Of a stretch of 64,000 bases of DNA, positions 1 to 13,456 are shown in pieces. How positions within the stretch are numbered: the first letter of the stretch is position 1; each line of letters starts with the position of its first letter. The translations under genes were made by a program, and so were the position numbers. The notes under the pieces were generated by a model. It was not told the DNA's origin. It worked only from the letters and a program-made list of their open reading frames with translations, and made no database searches. Source of the stretch: Selaginella moellendorffii (taxonomy: Eukaryota; Plantae; Lycopodiophyta); the NCBI RefSeq assembly GCF_000143415.4, contig NW_003314270.1, positions 532,527-596,526 of the forward strand, written 5' to 3'.

Positions 1-3000
1 ATTGTAGTAGCTTTGACTGGATTCTCGCTGGTGGTCCATTATGCTAAGCTTATGTTGGTACCTTGTTTCCTTGAGGGTTTGCCCATAAGGTGTTGGGAAT
101 GGGTTGTAGCATTCATTTGCTATAGCTCATCTGTTGATCCGTTAGCACTTGGAGTAGATTATTGGATGGAGAAGGTGTGAGGTTGATGCATTGACATCGC
201 TAGCACTTGTGTTAGTGGAAGTGGCATTGTTGATTCGAGTGATGAGGAATTTTCCTTAGAGCTTGATTTTCCATGTCATTTTTCTTGTTAGTGTTTTGGC
301 TTCACATTGGATCTTGAAGGTGATTGAAGAAGAGTGTTAGTGCAATATGGATATCCGAAGATGTGGTCTTCGTGATCAAGCCTTGGATGTTCATTTTGCA
401 CTTTGCGGATGTCGGTGTTGGATATTGGAAAAATGGGCAAAGATGTTCGATGCTTAAGCATATTGATGGATCATGAGAATTTGTGTTGAGGTGAACCTAT
501 GTGAAGTTGTAGGTAGGAGGAAGTTGGTTGAGTCTTGAAAGTTTGCAATCCTGGACTGAGAGTCATTCTTTCTCTAGGATGGGAAATTTTCCACAAATTT
601 TCTTAGACTTCTCCAATGGCTGATCTGTTGGTCACTTTGCTCGAAAACCATTCCGTTTTCGTAAGCCAGTACAAACTAGTGAAGGGGTTGGAGTTGACTT
701 CGGTTGGCTTAGATCTTAGTAGGTAGTTTGTAAGATGCGACCCGAAAGGGATGCTAACTTTTGGGGCTAGAGCAATTGAGTTGGATAGAGTCTGGAGTTG
801 GTGTAGAAAAGTGGCTGTTGTGCTTTTCTAAGAAAGGTGACCCTTGTGCCTTTCTTTTGTAGCATTGTGCTTGGTGGCAGTTTGCACCTTGTATTACGTT
901 AGACTCTATGAGAGTAGTGAGCTCTCACTGATCTTGACTTGGTCTTGGTGGCTGCACCTTGGCTGAGGATGGTGATGTCCAACTTAGTTGTTTGAGGTTA
1001 AGATGTTGGTACCTGTACTATAGCTTTGTCTATGAGGAGGTTGTGTACCGATATGAGTTCATCTCATGGTCTTCACTTTCGTTTCGGCTGAGTGTTGATC
1101 ATGCATAGCTAGCCTCTTCAAGGCATGCTCAGAGCTAGTGGCTAAATGTTTGAGTGAGCTTATTGCGGTTGAGTTGGATTCGGGTGGTCATTTAGTTTGT
1201 GCTTGTCTATGAACTTTTATCTCGTACCTGGGGTATTATGTTCATGTTGGACAAGTATGTGACTTGATGATATGAGTTGGTGTTTGGGTCTTGTGAACGT
1301 AAGTTGAAGAGTGATTGTTAGTTGCTTTGCGACTAGTGATTACTTGTAGACTTCATCAAGGACAATTGACACTTGCTTTGCTCGATGATGATTTAGCAGT
1401 GATGGGCTTGCTTTACCGGATGGTGTTGCGGAGGATCGTGTCGTTAGACTTGCATAGGTTTTCTATGTTAGTATATCGATTCTATCTCTGTCGATATCAT
1501 TTGGTTACGTTTAGTCTGTGGTGTTGGATTTCATTGAGTCTTGGATGTGGTGATTCACTCTTTGATGAAATGTTATCTGTAACTGAGTATTGCTGAAGGA
1601 TTGGTCTCGGATACTAAGTAAAGTATCTTTGACCTGATTAGCTTAGTTGCTAGGAAGTTTTGAGTGGTGATTCACTTGTGCTTTCTTCTAGCTTTGTTAT
1701 GGTGTTAATGGCATTGAAGTGATGCCTTATCGTTGATATTATTGATGTTGAGATTTGAGTGAAATGAGATGTCTCTCCGCAAGATTGATGTCGAGTTTCG
1801 TTAGTCTTGATGAAGATAGTGTTGATGATTTGGCTGTAGCTTTGTGTTGTTGGCATTCGTGCAATTGCTAATTAGCAACTGCATTGACGTTCAAATGAAC
1901 TGAGTGGCAAGTTTGGGTTAGTTGTGTTCTAGACGAGATTGCTTAGTTGAGGTTGAGCTTTAGCTTTTCCTTGAAAAGTGATTTAGTCGTGGACAATGCT
2001 ACCTTTAAGAGAGGAAGAATTAGTGTTCGATATTAAACTATTTGATTCCTTATTGGATTTCAGTTGGGATATATCGATCATTGATGATTTTTCTTATGCT
2101 TGTTATGAGGTGAGTTACGTCTTGCTGTAGATGGATTCATGGAGGATCGTTTGGTGATCACTTGTTGAGCATAACTTTGCTATGCTTAGCTTTTGGATTG
2201 ATGCAGAAATGCTCTTCATTAGCTTTGCATTATGAAGTTTGGCTTATGGATATGTTGAGGAGGATATTGTGGGTTGCACCATGATTTCTTCTTTAACATT
2301 GAAGTTGGTTCATGCAAGACTTGTGATTATTGTTAGACAAGATATGGCTATAGGCTTCTTCGAGCTTTTGGTTCTTTGAGTTTTATGCTCATTGTTCCAT
2401 TTGTTAGAAGTTGTTGGGGAAGGCATTTTTGGCTCATTAGCTTCGATGTTGAAGTTGGCTTTTGCATTTAGCAATCATTGGTGATGATTGACTATCATCT
2501 AGGAAAGTTGATTATCCTTGTCGAAGGTTTTGCTTGATTATCGTTGACCTAGAATGATTTGCCATTCTTCGGGATAGTGGATTCTTTCTTCAATGACGAT
2601 TATGCATCTCTTTATTGATGGGATGATTGATGATCTTTCATGATGGTTAGTTGTTCTCTTTGATGGCTTATGGCTTTTTGCAATACCACATGTTGTTTGT
2701 GGTTTGCTCTGGATTGGTCTTTTGGGTTTGAGACATCAGTAGGATGTTGCTAACACTTGCTTGAGCAACTCTGGTTCCTTGGTATTGTTGATTGAGATCT
2801 ATTCAGATTTGCTAGCGCAATAGTTGATATGAACAAGTGTTTGTTTGCTTTGCAACATTCATTTTGATCTGTTGATTGTTGCTCGAGTTAGTTTTGATAG
2901 ATTTGGATGTTATTTCCTTTGGGTGATACATTTGCGAGCTTTGTGCTTGTCAGTCAATGCTACTTTGTGTTCTTTGAGTTCTCTCTAGTAAGTTGTTGGC

Positions 3001-4935
3001 TTACTGTCTACTATCTTCGGTAGTTAAGTTTCATCATTGAGTTTCCTTGATGATATATTAGCTATTGAATTTTGTTGGCTGGTGATTCCTATGTTTACCA
3101 GTTATAATGATCTTGTTGGTTCCTATACTGTAATACTAGTTTATCGGATGATAACTTGTTTAGAATACTTTTGTGTTCTACTCTAAGATATAATCACTAG
3201 TAATTAAGCTTCTCAGATATCATTGTCTCTGACTTTGATATTGTCCATCTATTGATCTTTGAGTTTGGGCCAGTAATAGGCAGACTGGCTTCGGCACTTC
3301 GTGTGCATGGTGAAATCTCTAGTCATGGGGTAGCTACTGTCGACTGGTCACATAACCCGCCTCTCTGTCGATGTTCCATGTTACGTTGAAAGGGCGTGAC
3401 CGTGTAAACAACTCTAACTGCCTGTTGACAGTAGTCTATCTAAACCTTACCGACGGGTTTGGTTTCTTTGCTCAGGAGGGTTGGGGCCTCTGGCTTCTCT
3501 CTCTATGTTCCTGCGGGCAGGGCATATCACACTTTTGTAGCTGGGTGACGCCCAGAGCAGCAAGGGTGGCTGACTCCGTTGGTCATTTCCTTGTCGGCGA
3601 CGGCCGGGAGGTGTCTGAGCTGGTAGCGCATCCGCGTTAGACAAAGAGGTTGCCCCCTTAACTCATTTAAGTTGGTGCATTTCTCACATAGTGTGAGTAC
3701 CGTGAACTTTTTCTGGAGTTGTTTCCTTGGCGGTATTCTAGACTCGAGTGTGCATCGACGAGGACGTCGATCTTCCCAAGGGGGGGAGAGTGTCGCGAAT
3801 GTGACTTCAGGTATCGAAAGTTACCTGTCGGCTAGTCCTTACGGACACTCTTACCTTACTGCCACGATGGCAGGAGGTCGGTATTGCTGGTTCCCTTTAG
3901 TAGCCCCTCTTGTTCAAGTGTTAGTTTACTGGGCTTAGCACCTGTACTTAGCCAGATGGACATAAGGTAGGAACTCCTATGTGTTTCTAGCTGAGCATAC
4001 TCGGCCTGGCTTTTAGTTCTCTTTTGCTCTGTCTTGCACTGGCTTGACAAGAACCCTCGCGTATTGAGATTGGTCCCTCAATATCGCTGGATGATAGTTT
4101 ACCGTGTCTGCCAAACACCCTCGCTATCATGCCCTTTGTGTTAGTCTCATTTTGGTCCCAAATGCTATTTATGGAAAGTGTCCAGATTTGCTCATTTGGC
4201 ATATCTACGGAATGTAGAGATTGGCCTGAACACAATGGTGTTTGTCCCGTGTCCAAATTCGCAATCTAAGGACATTCCATATTTAGTAAGTTTCGAGCTT
4301 GTCCCAGAGACTAACTCTTGATACTAAGGGAGGCTTGGGGTGAAAGCCCAAAGCGTGTGTTCCTCAAGGGGGGGGGGGCTATGGGGGGTTCCAAATGTAT
4401 AGTAGGGATAGTGGGTAGGTCGGGCATGGCCGACCAACCTGAGGCATAGTCTAGCTCCCGCTTGCGTGCTTGTCCTTGTTCTGCGTCCGGCTTGGGTCTA
4501 AGCCCAAGTTCCATTCCATGCTAGTTGGTGGAGTACCCATATCCTCACGTTAGGCCACCGGTATGCCGAAATAGCGCCAGACTCCGTTTGGCTCCGTTTT
4601 GCGTGCTGGTCCTGGCATTGGTATGCTGGTTGCTCCAGGACTGTTCCAAGTCGCTCCGGGCTCCTGTCCCCTCGCTCCTTGGGCTATATGCTCGGGAGTT
4701 GCTCCGTGGTCCGGTTTCATCACTCCTTGGCGTCACGCTTGGGAGTTTGGCACCGTTCCTTCGTTCAGTGGCCCAAGGCCCTGAACCTCGGGTTACTATG
4801 GACACGTGGCACGGACACGTGGTATGTGACACGTGGCATTTGTCACGTGGCACAAAGAGGGTTTAGGTTCCGCTTCGTGGTGTTATCCTATGGTAAATCA
4901 CCATAGGATAAAGGGTCAAAACCACGTGCGCTACA
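1..4935 (+). mobile_element. Family A non-coding LTR retrotransposon copy A1 (5' part outside window): internal 1-3790, PPT ~3777-3790, 3' LTR 3791-4935
   Basis: PPT CAAGGGGGGGAGAG directly precedes TGTCGCGAATG; the LTR ends GCGCTACA. Internal region is nearly identical to 48335-52124 and has no long ORF. Confidence 0.92.
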
Positions 4936-4951
4936 TTTGGTATCAGAGAAG

Positions 4952-5386
4952 TGTCGCGAATGTGACTTCAGGTATCGAAAGTTACCTGTCGGCTAGTCCT
5001 TACGGACACTCTTACCTTACTGCCACGATGGCAGGAGGTCGGTATTGCTGGTTCCCTTTATTAGCCCCTCTTGTTCAAGTGTTAGTTTACTGGGCTTAGC
5101 ACCTGTACTTAGCCAGATGGACATAAGGTAGGAACTCCTATGTGTTTCTAGCTGAGCATACTCGGCCTGGCTTTTAGTTCTCTTTTGCTCTGTCTTGCAC
5201 TGGCTTGACAAGAACCCTCGCGTATTGAGATTGGTCCCTCAATATCGCTGGATGATAGCTTACCGTGTCTGCCAAACACCCTCGCTATCATGCCCTTTGT
5301 GTTAGTCTCATTTTGGTCCCAAATGCTATTTATGGAAAGTGTCCAGATTTGCTCATTTGGCATATCTACGGAATGTAGAGATTGGC
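4952..5386 (+). mobile_element. Second, 3'-truncated family A LTR joined to the A1 LTR through TT+PBS+A+AG
   Basis: Starts TGTCGCGAATGTGAC and repeats 3791-~4225 almost exactly; breaks after GAGATTGGC. Confidence 0.9.
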
Positions 5387-5430
5387 TTAATTGAGTAACG
5401 GACACTATTGAGTAAGGACACCATTGAGTA

Positions 5431-8400
5431 AGGAACACACGCTTTGGGCTTTCACCCCAAGCCTCCCTTAGTATCAGGAGTTAGTCTCTGGGACAAGCTT
5501 AAAACTTACTAAATATGGAATGTCCTTAGAATGCGAATTTGGACACAGGACGAACACCATTGTGTTCAGGCCGACCTCTACATTCCGTAGATATGCCAAA
5601 TGAGCGAATCTAGACACTTTCCATAAATAGCATTTGGGACCGAAATGAGACTAACACAAAGGGCATGATAGCGAGGGTGTTTGGCAGACACGGTAAGCTA
5701 TCATGTAGCGATATTGAGGGACCAATCTCAATACGCGAGGGTTCTTGTCAAGCCAGTGCAAGATAGAGCAAAAGAGAACTAAAAAGCCAGGCCAAGTATG
5801 CTTGGCTGAATAGACACTTAGGAATTCCGTCCTTATGCTCATCCGGCCAAGTACAGATGCAAAGTCCAGTTTACTAACACTTGAACAAGAGGGACTAATA
5901 AAGGGTCCAGCAATACCGACCTCCTGCCATCGTGGCAGTAAGGAAAGAGTGTCCGTAAGGACTGGTCGACAGGTAACTTTCGATACCCGAAGTCACATTC
6001 GCGACACTCTCCCCCCCTTGGGGAAGATCGACGTCCTCGTCGATGCATACTCGAGTCTAGAATACCGCCAAGGAAACAACTCCAGAAAAAGTTCACGGTA
6101 CTCACACTATGTGAGAAATGCACCAACTTAAATGAGTTAAGGGGGTAACCTCTTTGTCTAACGCGGATGCGCTACCAGCTCAGACACCTTCCGGCCGTCG
6201 CCGACAAGGAAATGACCAACAGAATCAGCCACCCTTGCTGCTCTGGGTGTCACCCAGCTACAAAAGTGTGATATGCCCTGCCCGCAGAGACATAGAGAGA
6301 GAAGCTAGAGGCCCCAACCCTCCTGAGCAAAGAAACCAAACCCGTCGGTAAGGTTTAGATAGACTACTGTCAACAGGCAGTTTAGAGTTGTTTACACGGT
6401 CACGCCCTTTCACGGAACAAGGAACATCGACAGAGAGGCGGGTTATGTGACCAGTCGACAATAGCTACCCCATGACTAGAGATTTCACCATGCACACGAA
6501 GTGCCGAAGCCAGTCTGCCTATACTGGCCCAAACTCAAAGATCAATATATATGGACATATCAAAGTCATAAACAATGATATCTTAGAGATTGAATTATCA
6601 GTGAATAAAGCTTATATTAGAACACAAAAGTATTCCAAGTAAGTTATCATCCGATAAACTAGTATTACAGTATAGGAACCACCAAGACCATTATAATTGG
6701 TAAACATAGGATTCACCATCTAACAAAATTCAATAGCAAGTATATCATCAAGGAAACTCAATGATAAAACTTAACTACCAAAAATCGCTGATAGCATGCC
6801 AAACAACTCACAAAACACAACTCAAAGAACACAAAGTATCATTGACTAACAAGCACAATGCTCGCGAATGTATCACCCGAAGGAATAACATCCTAATCTA
6901 TGAGAACTAACTCGAGCAATAATCAATAGAACAAAATGAATGTTGCAAAGCAAACAAACGCTTGTTCATATTAACCATTACACTAGCCAATCCAAATAGA
7001 TCCCAGCCAACAATACCAAGGAACTCAAGTTGCCTAAGCAAGTGTTAGCAACATCCTACTGATGTCTCAAGCCCAAGAGACCAATCTAGAGCAAACCACA
7101 AAGAATATGTGGTATTGTGAAAAGCCATAAGCCATCAAAGAGAACAACCAACTATCATGAAAGATCGTCAATTAGCCCATCAATGTAGTGATGTATAATC
7201 ATCGTTGAAGAAAGAATCTACCATCCCGAAGAATAGCAAATAATTCCAAACCAACAATAATCAAGCAAAACTTGTGATAAGGACAATCAACTACCCTAGA
7301 TGATAGTCAATCATCACCAATGATTGCCAGATGCAAAAACTAACTTCAATCGAAGCTAATGAGCCAAAATGCCTTCCCCCAACAACTTCAAACAAATGGA
7401 ACAATGAGCACAAAACTCAAGAACCAAAAGCTCGAAAAAGCCTATAATTAAGTCTTGCCTAATAATGATCACGAGTCTCATAGAAGCTAACTTCAATGCT
7501 AAAGAAGAAATCATGGTGCAACCCACAATATCTTCCTCAACACATCCATAAGCCAAACTTCATAATGCCAAAGCTAATGAAGAGCATTTCTGCATCAATC
7601 CAAAAGCTAAGCATAACGAAGCTATGCTTAACAAGTGATCATCAAACGATCCTCCATGAATCCATCTACAGCAAGACGTAACTCACGTCATAACAAGTAC
7701 AAGGCAAATCATCAATGATCAATATATTTGAATTCAAACCCAATAACGATTCAAACTTTCCAATATTGATCACTAACTCTTTCGCTTGTAGAGTTAGCAT
7801 AGTCCACGACTGAATCACTTTTCAAGGACAAGCTTAAAGCTCAACCCTTACTAAACAAACTCATCGAGAACACAACTAACTCAACTTGCCACTCAGTTCA
7901 TTTGAATGTCAACACAGTTGCTAACTAGCAATTGCACGAATGCTAACAACACAAAGCTACAGCCAAATCATCAACACTATCTTCATCAAGACTAACGAAA
8001 CTCGACATCAATCTTGCGGAGAGACATCTCATTTCACTGAAATCTCAATATCAACAATATCAATGACAAAGCATCACTTCAATGCCATCAACACCAGGAC
8101 AAAGCTAGAAGAAAGCACAAGTGAATCACCACTCAAAACTCTCCAGCAACAAAGCTAACCGAAGTCGAAGATACTTTAGTCAGTATCCAAGACCAATCCT
8201 CTAACAATACTCAATTACAGATAACACGTCATCAAGGAGTGAATCACCACATCCAAGACTCAATGAAATCCAACACTATGGACTAAATGTAACCAAATGA
8301 TATCGACAGAGGTAGAGTCGACATGTCAACATGGAAAACCCATGTATGTCTAACGACACAATCCTCCGCAACACTATTCGGTAAAGCAAGCCCACCACTG

Positions 8401-11400
8401 CTAAATCATCATCGAGCAAAGCAAGTGTCAACGGTCTTTTTTTGACAAAGTCTACAAGTAATCACTAGTCGCAAATCAACTAACAATCGCCCTTCAACTT
8501 GCCTTCACAAGACCCGAACACTAACTCATGTCATCGAGTTACATACTTGTCCAACATGAACATAATACCCCAGGTATGAGATAAAAGTTCATAGACAAGC
8601 ACAAACTAAATGACCACTCGAATCCAACTCAACCGCAATAAGCTCACTAATGCATTTAGTCAATAGCTCTGAGCATGCCTTGAAGAGGCTAGCTATGTGA
8701 TCAACACTCAGTCGAAACTAAAGTGAAGACCATGAGATGGACTCATATCGGTACACAACCTCCTCATAGACAAAGCTACAGTACGGGTACCAACATCTCA
8801 ACCTCAAACAACTAAGTTGGACATCACCATCCTCAGCCAAGGTGCAGGGCCACCAAGACCAAGTCAAGATCAGTGAGAGCTCACTACTCTCATAGAGTCT
8901 AACGAAATGCAAGGTGCAAACTATCACCAAGCACAACGCTACAAAAGAAAGGCACAAGGGTCACCTTTCTTAGAAAAGCGCAACAGCCACTTTTCTACAC
9001 CAACTCTAGACTCTATCCAACTCAATTGTTTTAGCCCCAAAAGTCAGCATCCCTTTCGGGCTGCATCATACAAACTACTTACTAAGATCTAAGCCAATCA
9101 AAGTCAACTCCAACCCCTTCACTAGTTTGTACTGGCTTTCAAAAATGGAATGGTTTTCGAGCAAAGTGATCAATAGATCAGCCATTGGAAAAGTCTAAGA
9201 AAATTTGTGGAAAATTTTCCATCCTAGAGAAAGAATGACTCTCAATCCAGAATTGCAAACTTTCAAGACTCAACCAACTTCCTCCTACTAACAACTCCAC
9301 ATAGGTTCACCTCAACAAAAATTCTCATGATCCAAAAATATGCTTAAGCATCGAACATCTTTGCCCATCTAACCGATATCCAACACCGACATCCGCAAAG
9401 TGCAAAATGAACATCCAAGGCTTGATCACGAAGACCACATCTTCGGATATCCATATTGCATTAACACTCTTCTTCAATCACCTTCAAGATTCAATGTGAA
9501 GTCAAAACACTAACAAGAAAAATGACATGGAAAAATCAAGGTCCAAGGAAAATTCCTCATCACTTGAAATAACAATGCCACCTCCACTAACACAAGTGCT
9601 AGTGATGTCAATGCCCCAACTACACATCTTCTCCATCCAACAATCTACTCCAAGTGCTAACGGATCAACAGATGAGCTATAGCAAATGAATGCTACAACC
9701 CATTCCTAACACCTTATGGGCAAACCCTCAAGGAAACAAGGTACTAACATAAGCTTAGCATAATGGACCACCATTGAGAATCCAGTCAAAGCTACTACAA
9801 TGCTACTTCGTGCAAGTAGACTAGCTTCTCCATCAACCACTTTGGGGTTGATCATCATTTACCCAAGCAACTTCGTAAACACATTACTCATTATCACATG
9901 GATATGATATAAATCACAATGACTTGATCATCAATTGAGTAACGCAATGAGCAATGCCTATGTCATTACTTCAAACGTTTATGTGAGTATCAAATGCCAA
10001 CTCGATTCGACAAAATGCAACATAAATGCCACACTCCACCAATAGAGGTTTACGACACCCAACACCACTAACTTTTGTTCACAACATGGACAAGCTCATG
10101 CCACTCTCTTTCCGACCAAACTCAAAACTAATCCAACACCAAGCTATTCAAGGAGCAATAGCAAGGTTCCCCGGAAAAGAATTGAGCATTGCAACCCAAG
10201 TCTTCCAATAGCGAGCCTAGACAAAATGGTTTAGTGTTTCACCACTATCCATCCCATAACTCACCATTGTAAAACTACCATCTCCAACATGCATCAAGAT
10301 AGGGACTTATGATTGCATGATGTGAACACAAGCAATGAGTTAACACCTCGTTGCAAATCATCTCTCCAAGAAGAGAAGATGATTTACGTATTTGATCCTC
10401 CGTCCCCGATGACTCTCTTTTCGGTCTCATCTTTGACCAAACCTCAAACTTGCTTTTGCACTGCCTTCAGTTCAATCGAAGAAAAGTTTATAAGAGAGCA
10501 TGGCAATGATTACTTGAACCAATAGACTATTCCCTATAGTCTTGATTGATCCAATCATAATCATGCCTAGGAAGGATCCACTAGTGCCGTGCTAAACAGC
10601 TATGGACCAGCCTATTTGCCACTCACAGCAAACCCAGGGAGGTTTGCTTTTCACCCATGGTACAAGGAACAACTCACGGAACCACTAGAACAACTTATGG
10701 AACCAATGATAGGCTAACATTAATCCTGCCAACTCAAAGTGTAACCTCGAGTTGCTAATGTGCCTCACTCACGAGCCCAAGCTCAAACTCGTGCAAATGG
10801 AACATCTCCAAACCATCCTATGAGCCCAAGCGCAAGCTCACATCATAAGGTACAACAAGGTAACCCAAAACCTATCCCAAGGAACCAATGCGAAGTCTTT
10901 GCACCAAAACGTGTACCCACTCGGATCATCGTTTTCATCTCTGCGTATGCAACGAGACTAGTTGCCCAATCTCATTGGATAGTACTCGCCGAGACTCATT
11001 CTCTGATACCAAATGTAGCGCACGTGGTTTTGACCCTTTATCCTATGGTGATTTACCATAGGATAACACCACGAAGCGGAACCTAAACCCTCTTTGTGCC
11101 ACGTGACAGATGCCACGTGTCACATGCCACGTGTCCATGCCACGTGTTCATAGGAACCCGAGGTTCAGGGCCTTGGGCCACTGAACGAAGGAACGGTGCC
11201 AAACTCCCAAGCGTGACGCCAAGGAGTGATGAAACCGGACCACGGAGCAACTCCCGAGCATATAGCCCAAGGAGCGAAGGGACAGGGGCCCGGAGCGACT
11301 TGGAACAGTCCTAGAGCAACCAGCATCCCAATGCCAGGACCAGCACGCAAAACGGAGCCAAACGGAGTCTGGCGCTATTTCGGCATACCGGTGGCCTAAC

Positions 11401-13312
11401 GCGAGGATATGGGTACTCCACCAACTAGCATGGAATGGAACTTGGGCTTAGACCCAAGCCGGACGCAGAACAAGGACAGGCACGCAAGCGGGAGCTAAAC
11501 TATGCCTCAGGTTGGTCGGCCATGCCCGACCTACCCACTATCCCTACTATACATTTGGAACCCCCCACAGCCCCCCCCCCCCTTGAGGAACACACGCTTT
11601 GGGCTTTCACCCCAAGCCTCCCTTAGTATCTTTAGTTAGTCTCTGGGACAAGCTTAAAACTTACTAAATATGGAATGTCCTTAGAATGCGAATTTGGACA
11701 CAGGACGAACACCATTGTGTTCAGGCCGACCTCTACATTCCGTAGATATGCCAAATGAGCGAATCTAGACACTTTCCATAAATAGCATTTGGGACCGAAA
11801 TGAGACTAACACAAAGGGCATGATAGCGAGGGTGTTTGGCAGACACGGTAAGCTATCATGTAGCGATATTGAGGGACCAATCTCAATACGCGAGGGTTCT
11901 TGTCAAGCCAGTGCAAGACAGAGCAAAAGAGAACTAAAAAGCCAGGCCAAGTATGCTTGGCTGAATAGACACTTAGGAATTCCGTCCTTATGCTCATCCG
12001 GCCAAGTACAGATGCAAAGTCCAGTTTACTAACACTTGAACAAGAGGGACTAATAAAGGGTCCAGCAATACCGACCTCCTGCCATCGTGGCAGTAAGGAA
12101 AGAGTGTCCGTAAGGACTGGTCGACAGGTAACTTTCGATACCCGAAGTCACATTCGCGACACTAATGTAGCGCACGTGGTTTTGACCCTTTATCCTATGG
12201 TGATTTACCATAGGATAACACCACGAAGCGGAACCTAAACCCTCTTTGTGCCACGTGACAGATGCCACGTGTCACATGCCACGTGTCCATGCCACGTGTT
12301 CATAGGAACCCGAGGTTCAGGGCCTTGGGCCACTGAACGAAGGAACGGTGCCAAACTCCCAAGCGTGACGCCAAGGAGTGATGAAACCGGACCACGGAGC
12401 AACTCCCGAGCATATAGCCCAAGGAGCGAAGGGACAGGGGCCCGGAGCGACTTGGAACAGTCCTAGAGCAACCAGCATCCCAATGCCAGGACCAGCACGC
12501 AAAACGGAGCCAAACGGAGTCTGGCGCTATTTCGGCATACCGGTGGCCTAACGCGAGGATATGGGTACTCCACCAACTAGCATGGAATGGAACTTGGGCT
12601 TAGACCCAAGCCGGACGCAGAACAAGGACAGGCACGCAAGCGGGAGCTAGACTATGCCTCAGGTTGGTCGGCCATGCCCGACCTACCCACTATCCCTACT
12701 ATACATTTGGAACCCCCCACAGCCCCCCCCCCCTTGAGGAACACACGCTTTGGGCTTTCACCCCAAGCCTCCCTTAGTATCAGGAGTTAGTCTCTGGGAC
12801 AAGCTTAAAACTTACTAAATATGGAATGTCCTTAGAATGCGAATTTGGACACAGGACGAACACCATTGTGTTCAGGCCGACCTCTACATTCCGTAGATAT
12901 GCCAAATGAGCGAATCTAGACACTTTCCATAAATAGCATTTGGGACCGAAATGAGACTAACACAAAGGGCATGATAGCGAGGGTGTTTGGCAGACACGGT
13001 AAGCTATCATGTAGCGATATTGAGGGACCAATCTCAATACGCGAGGGTTCTTGTCAAGCTAGTGCAAGACAGAGCAAAAGAGAACTAAAAAGCCAGGCCA
13101 AGTATGCTTGGCTGAATAGACACTTAGGAATTCCGTCCTTATGCTCATCCGGCCAAGTACAGATGCAAAGTCCAGTTTACTAACACTTGAACAAGAGGGA
13201 CTAATAAAGGGTCCAGCAATACCGACCTCCTGCCATCGTGGCAGTAAGGAAAGAGTGTCCGTAAGGACTGGTCGACAGGTAACTTTCGATACCCGAAGTC
13301 ACATTCGCGACA
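5431..13312 (-). mobile_element. Family A copy A2: truncated 3' LTR 5431-6006, PPT 6007-6020, internal to 11013 (PBS 11001-11011), LTR 11014-12161, extra tandem LTR 12166-13312
   Basis: Reverse-complement PBS (CTCTGATACCA) and PPT (CTCTCCCCCCCTTG) flank a ~5-kb non-coding internal region. Two near-identical full LTRs are separated by CTAA. Confidence 0.92.
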
Positions 13313-13456
13313 CTCCAGTAAGCTAACACTTGGACAAGAGGGGCTATTGAAGGGAACCAGCAGTACCGACCTCCTGCCGTCGTGGCAGTAAGGAAAGAGT
13401 GCCCGTAAGGACTGGCCGACAAGTATCTTTCGATACCCGAAGTCACGTTCGCGACA
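13313..13456 (-). mobile_element. Terminal fragment of a diverged family A LTR
   Basis: Diverged copy of the last ~140 bp of the LTR as read on +, ending GTTCGCGACA. Confidence 0.85.
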
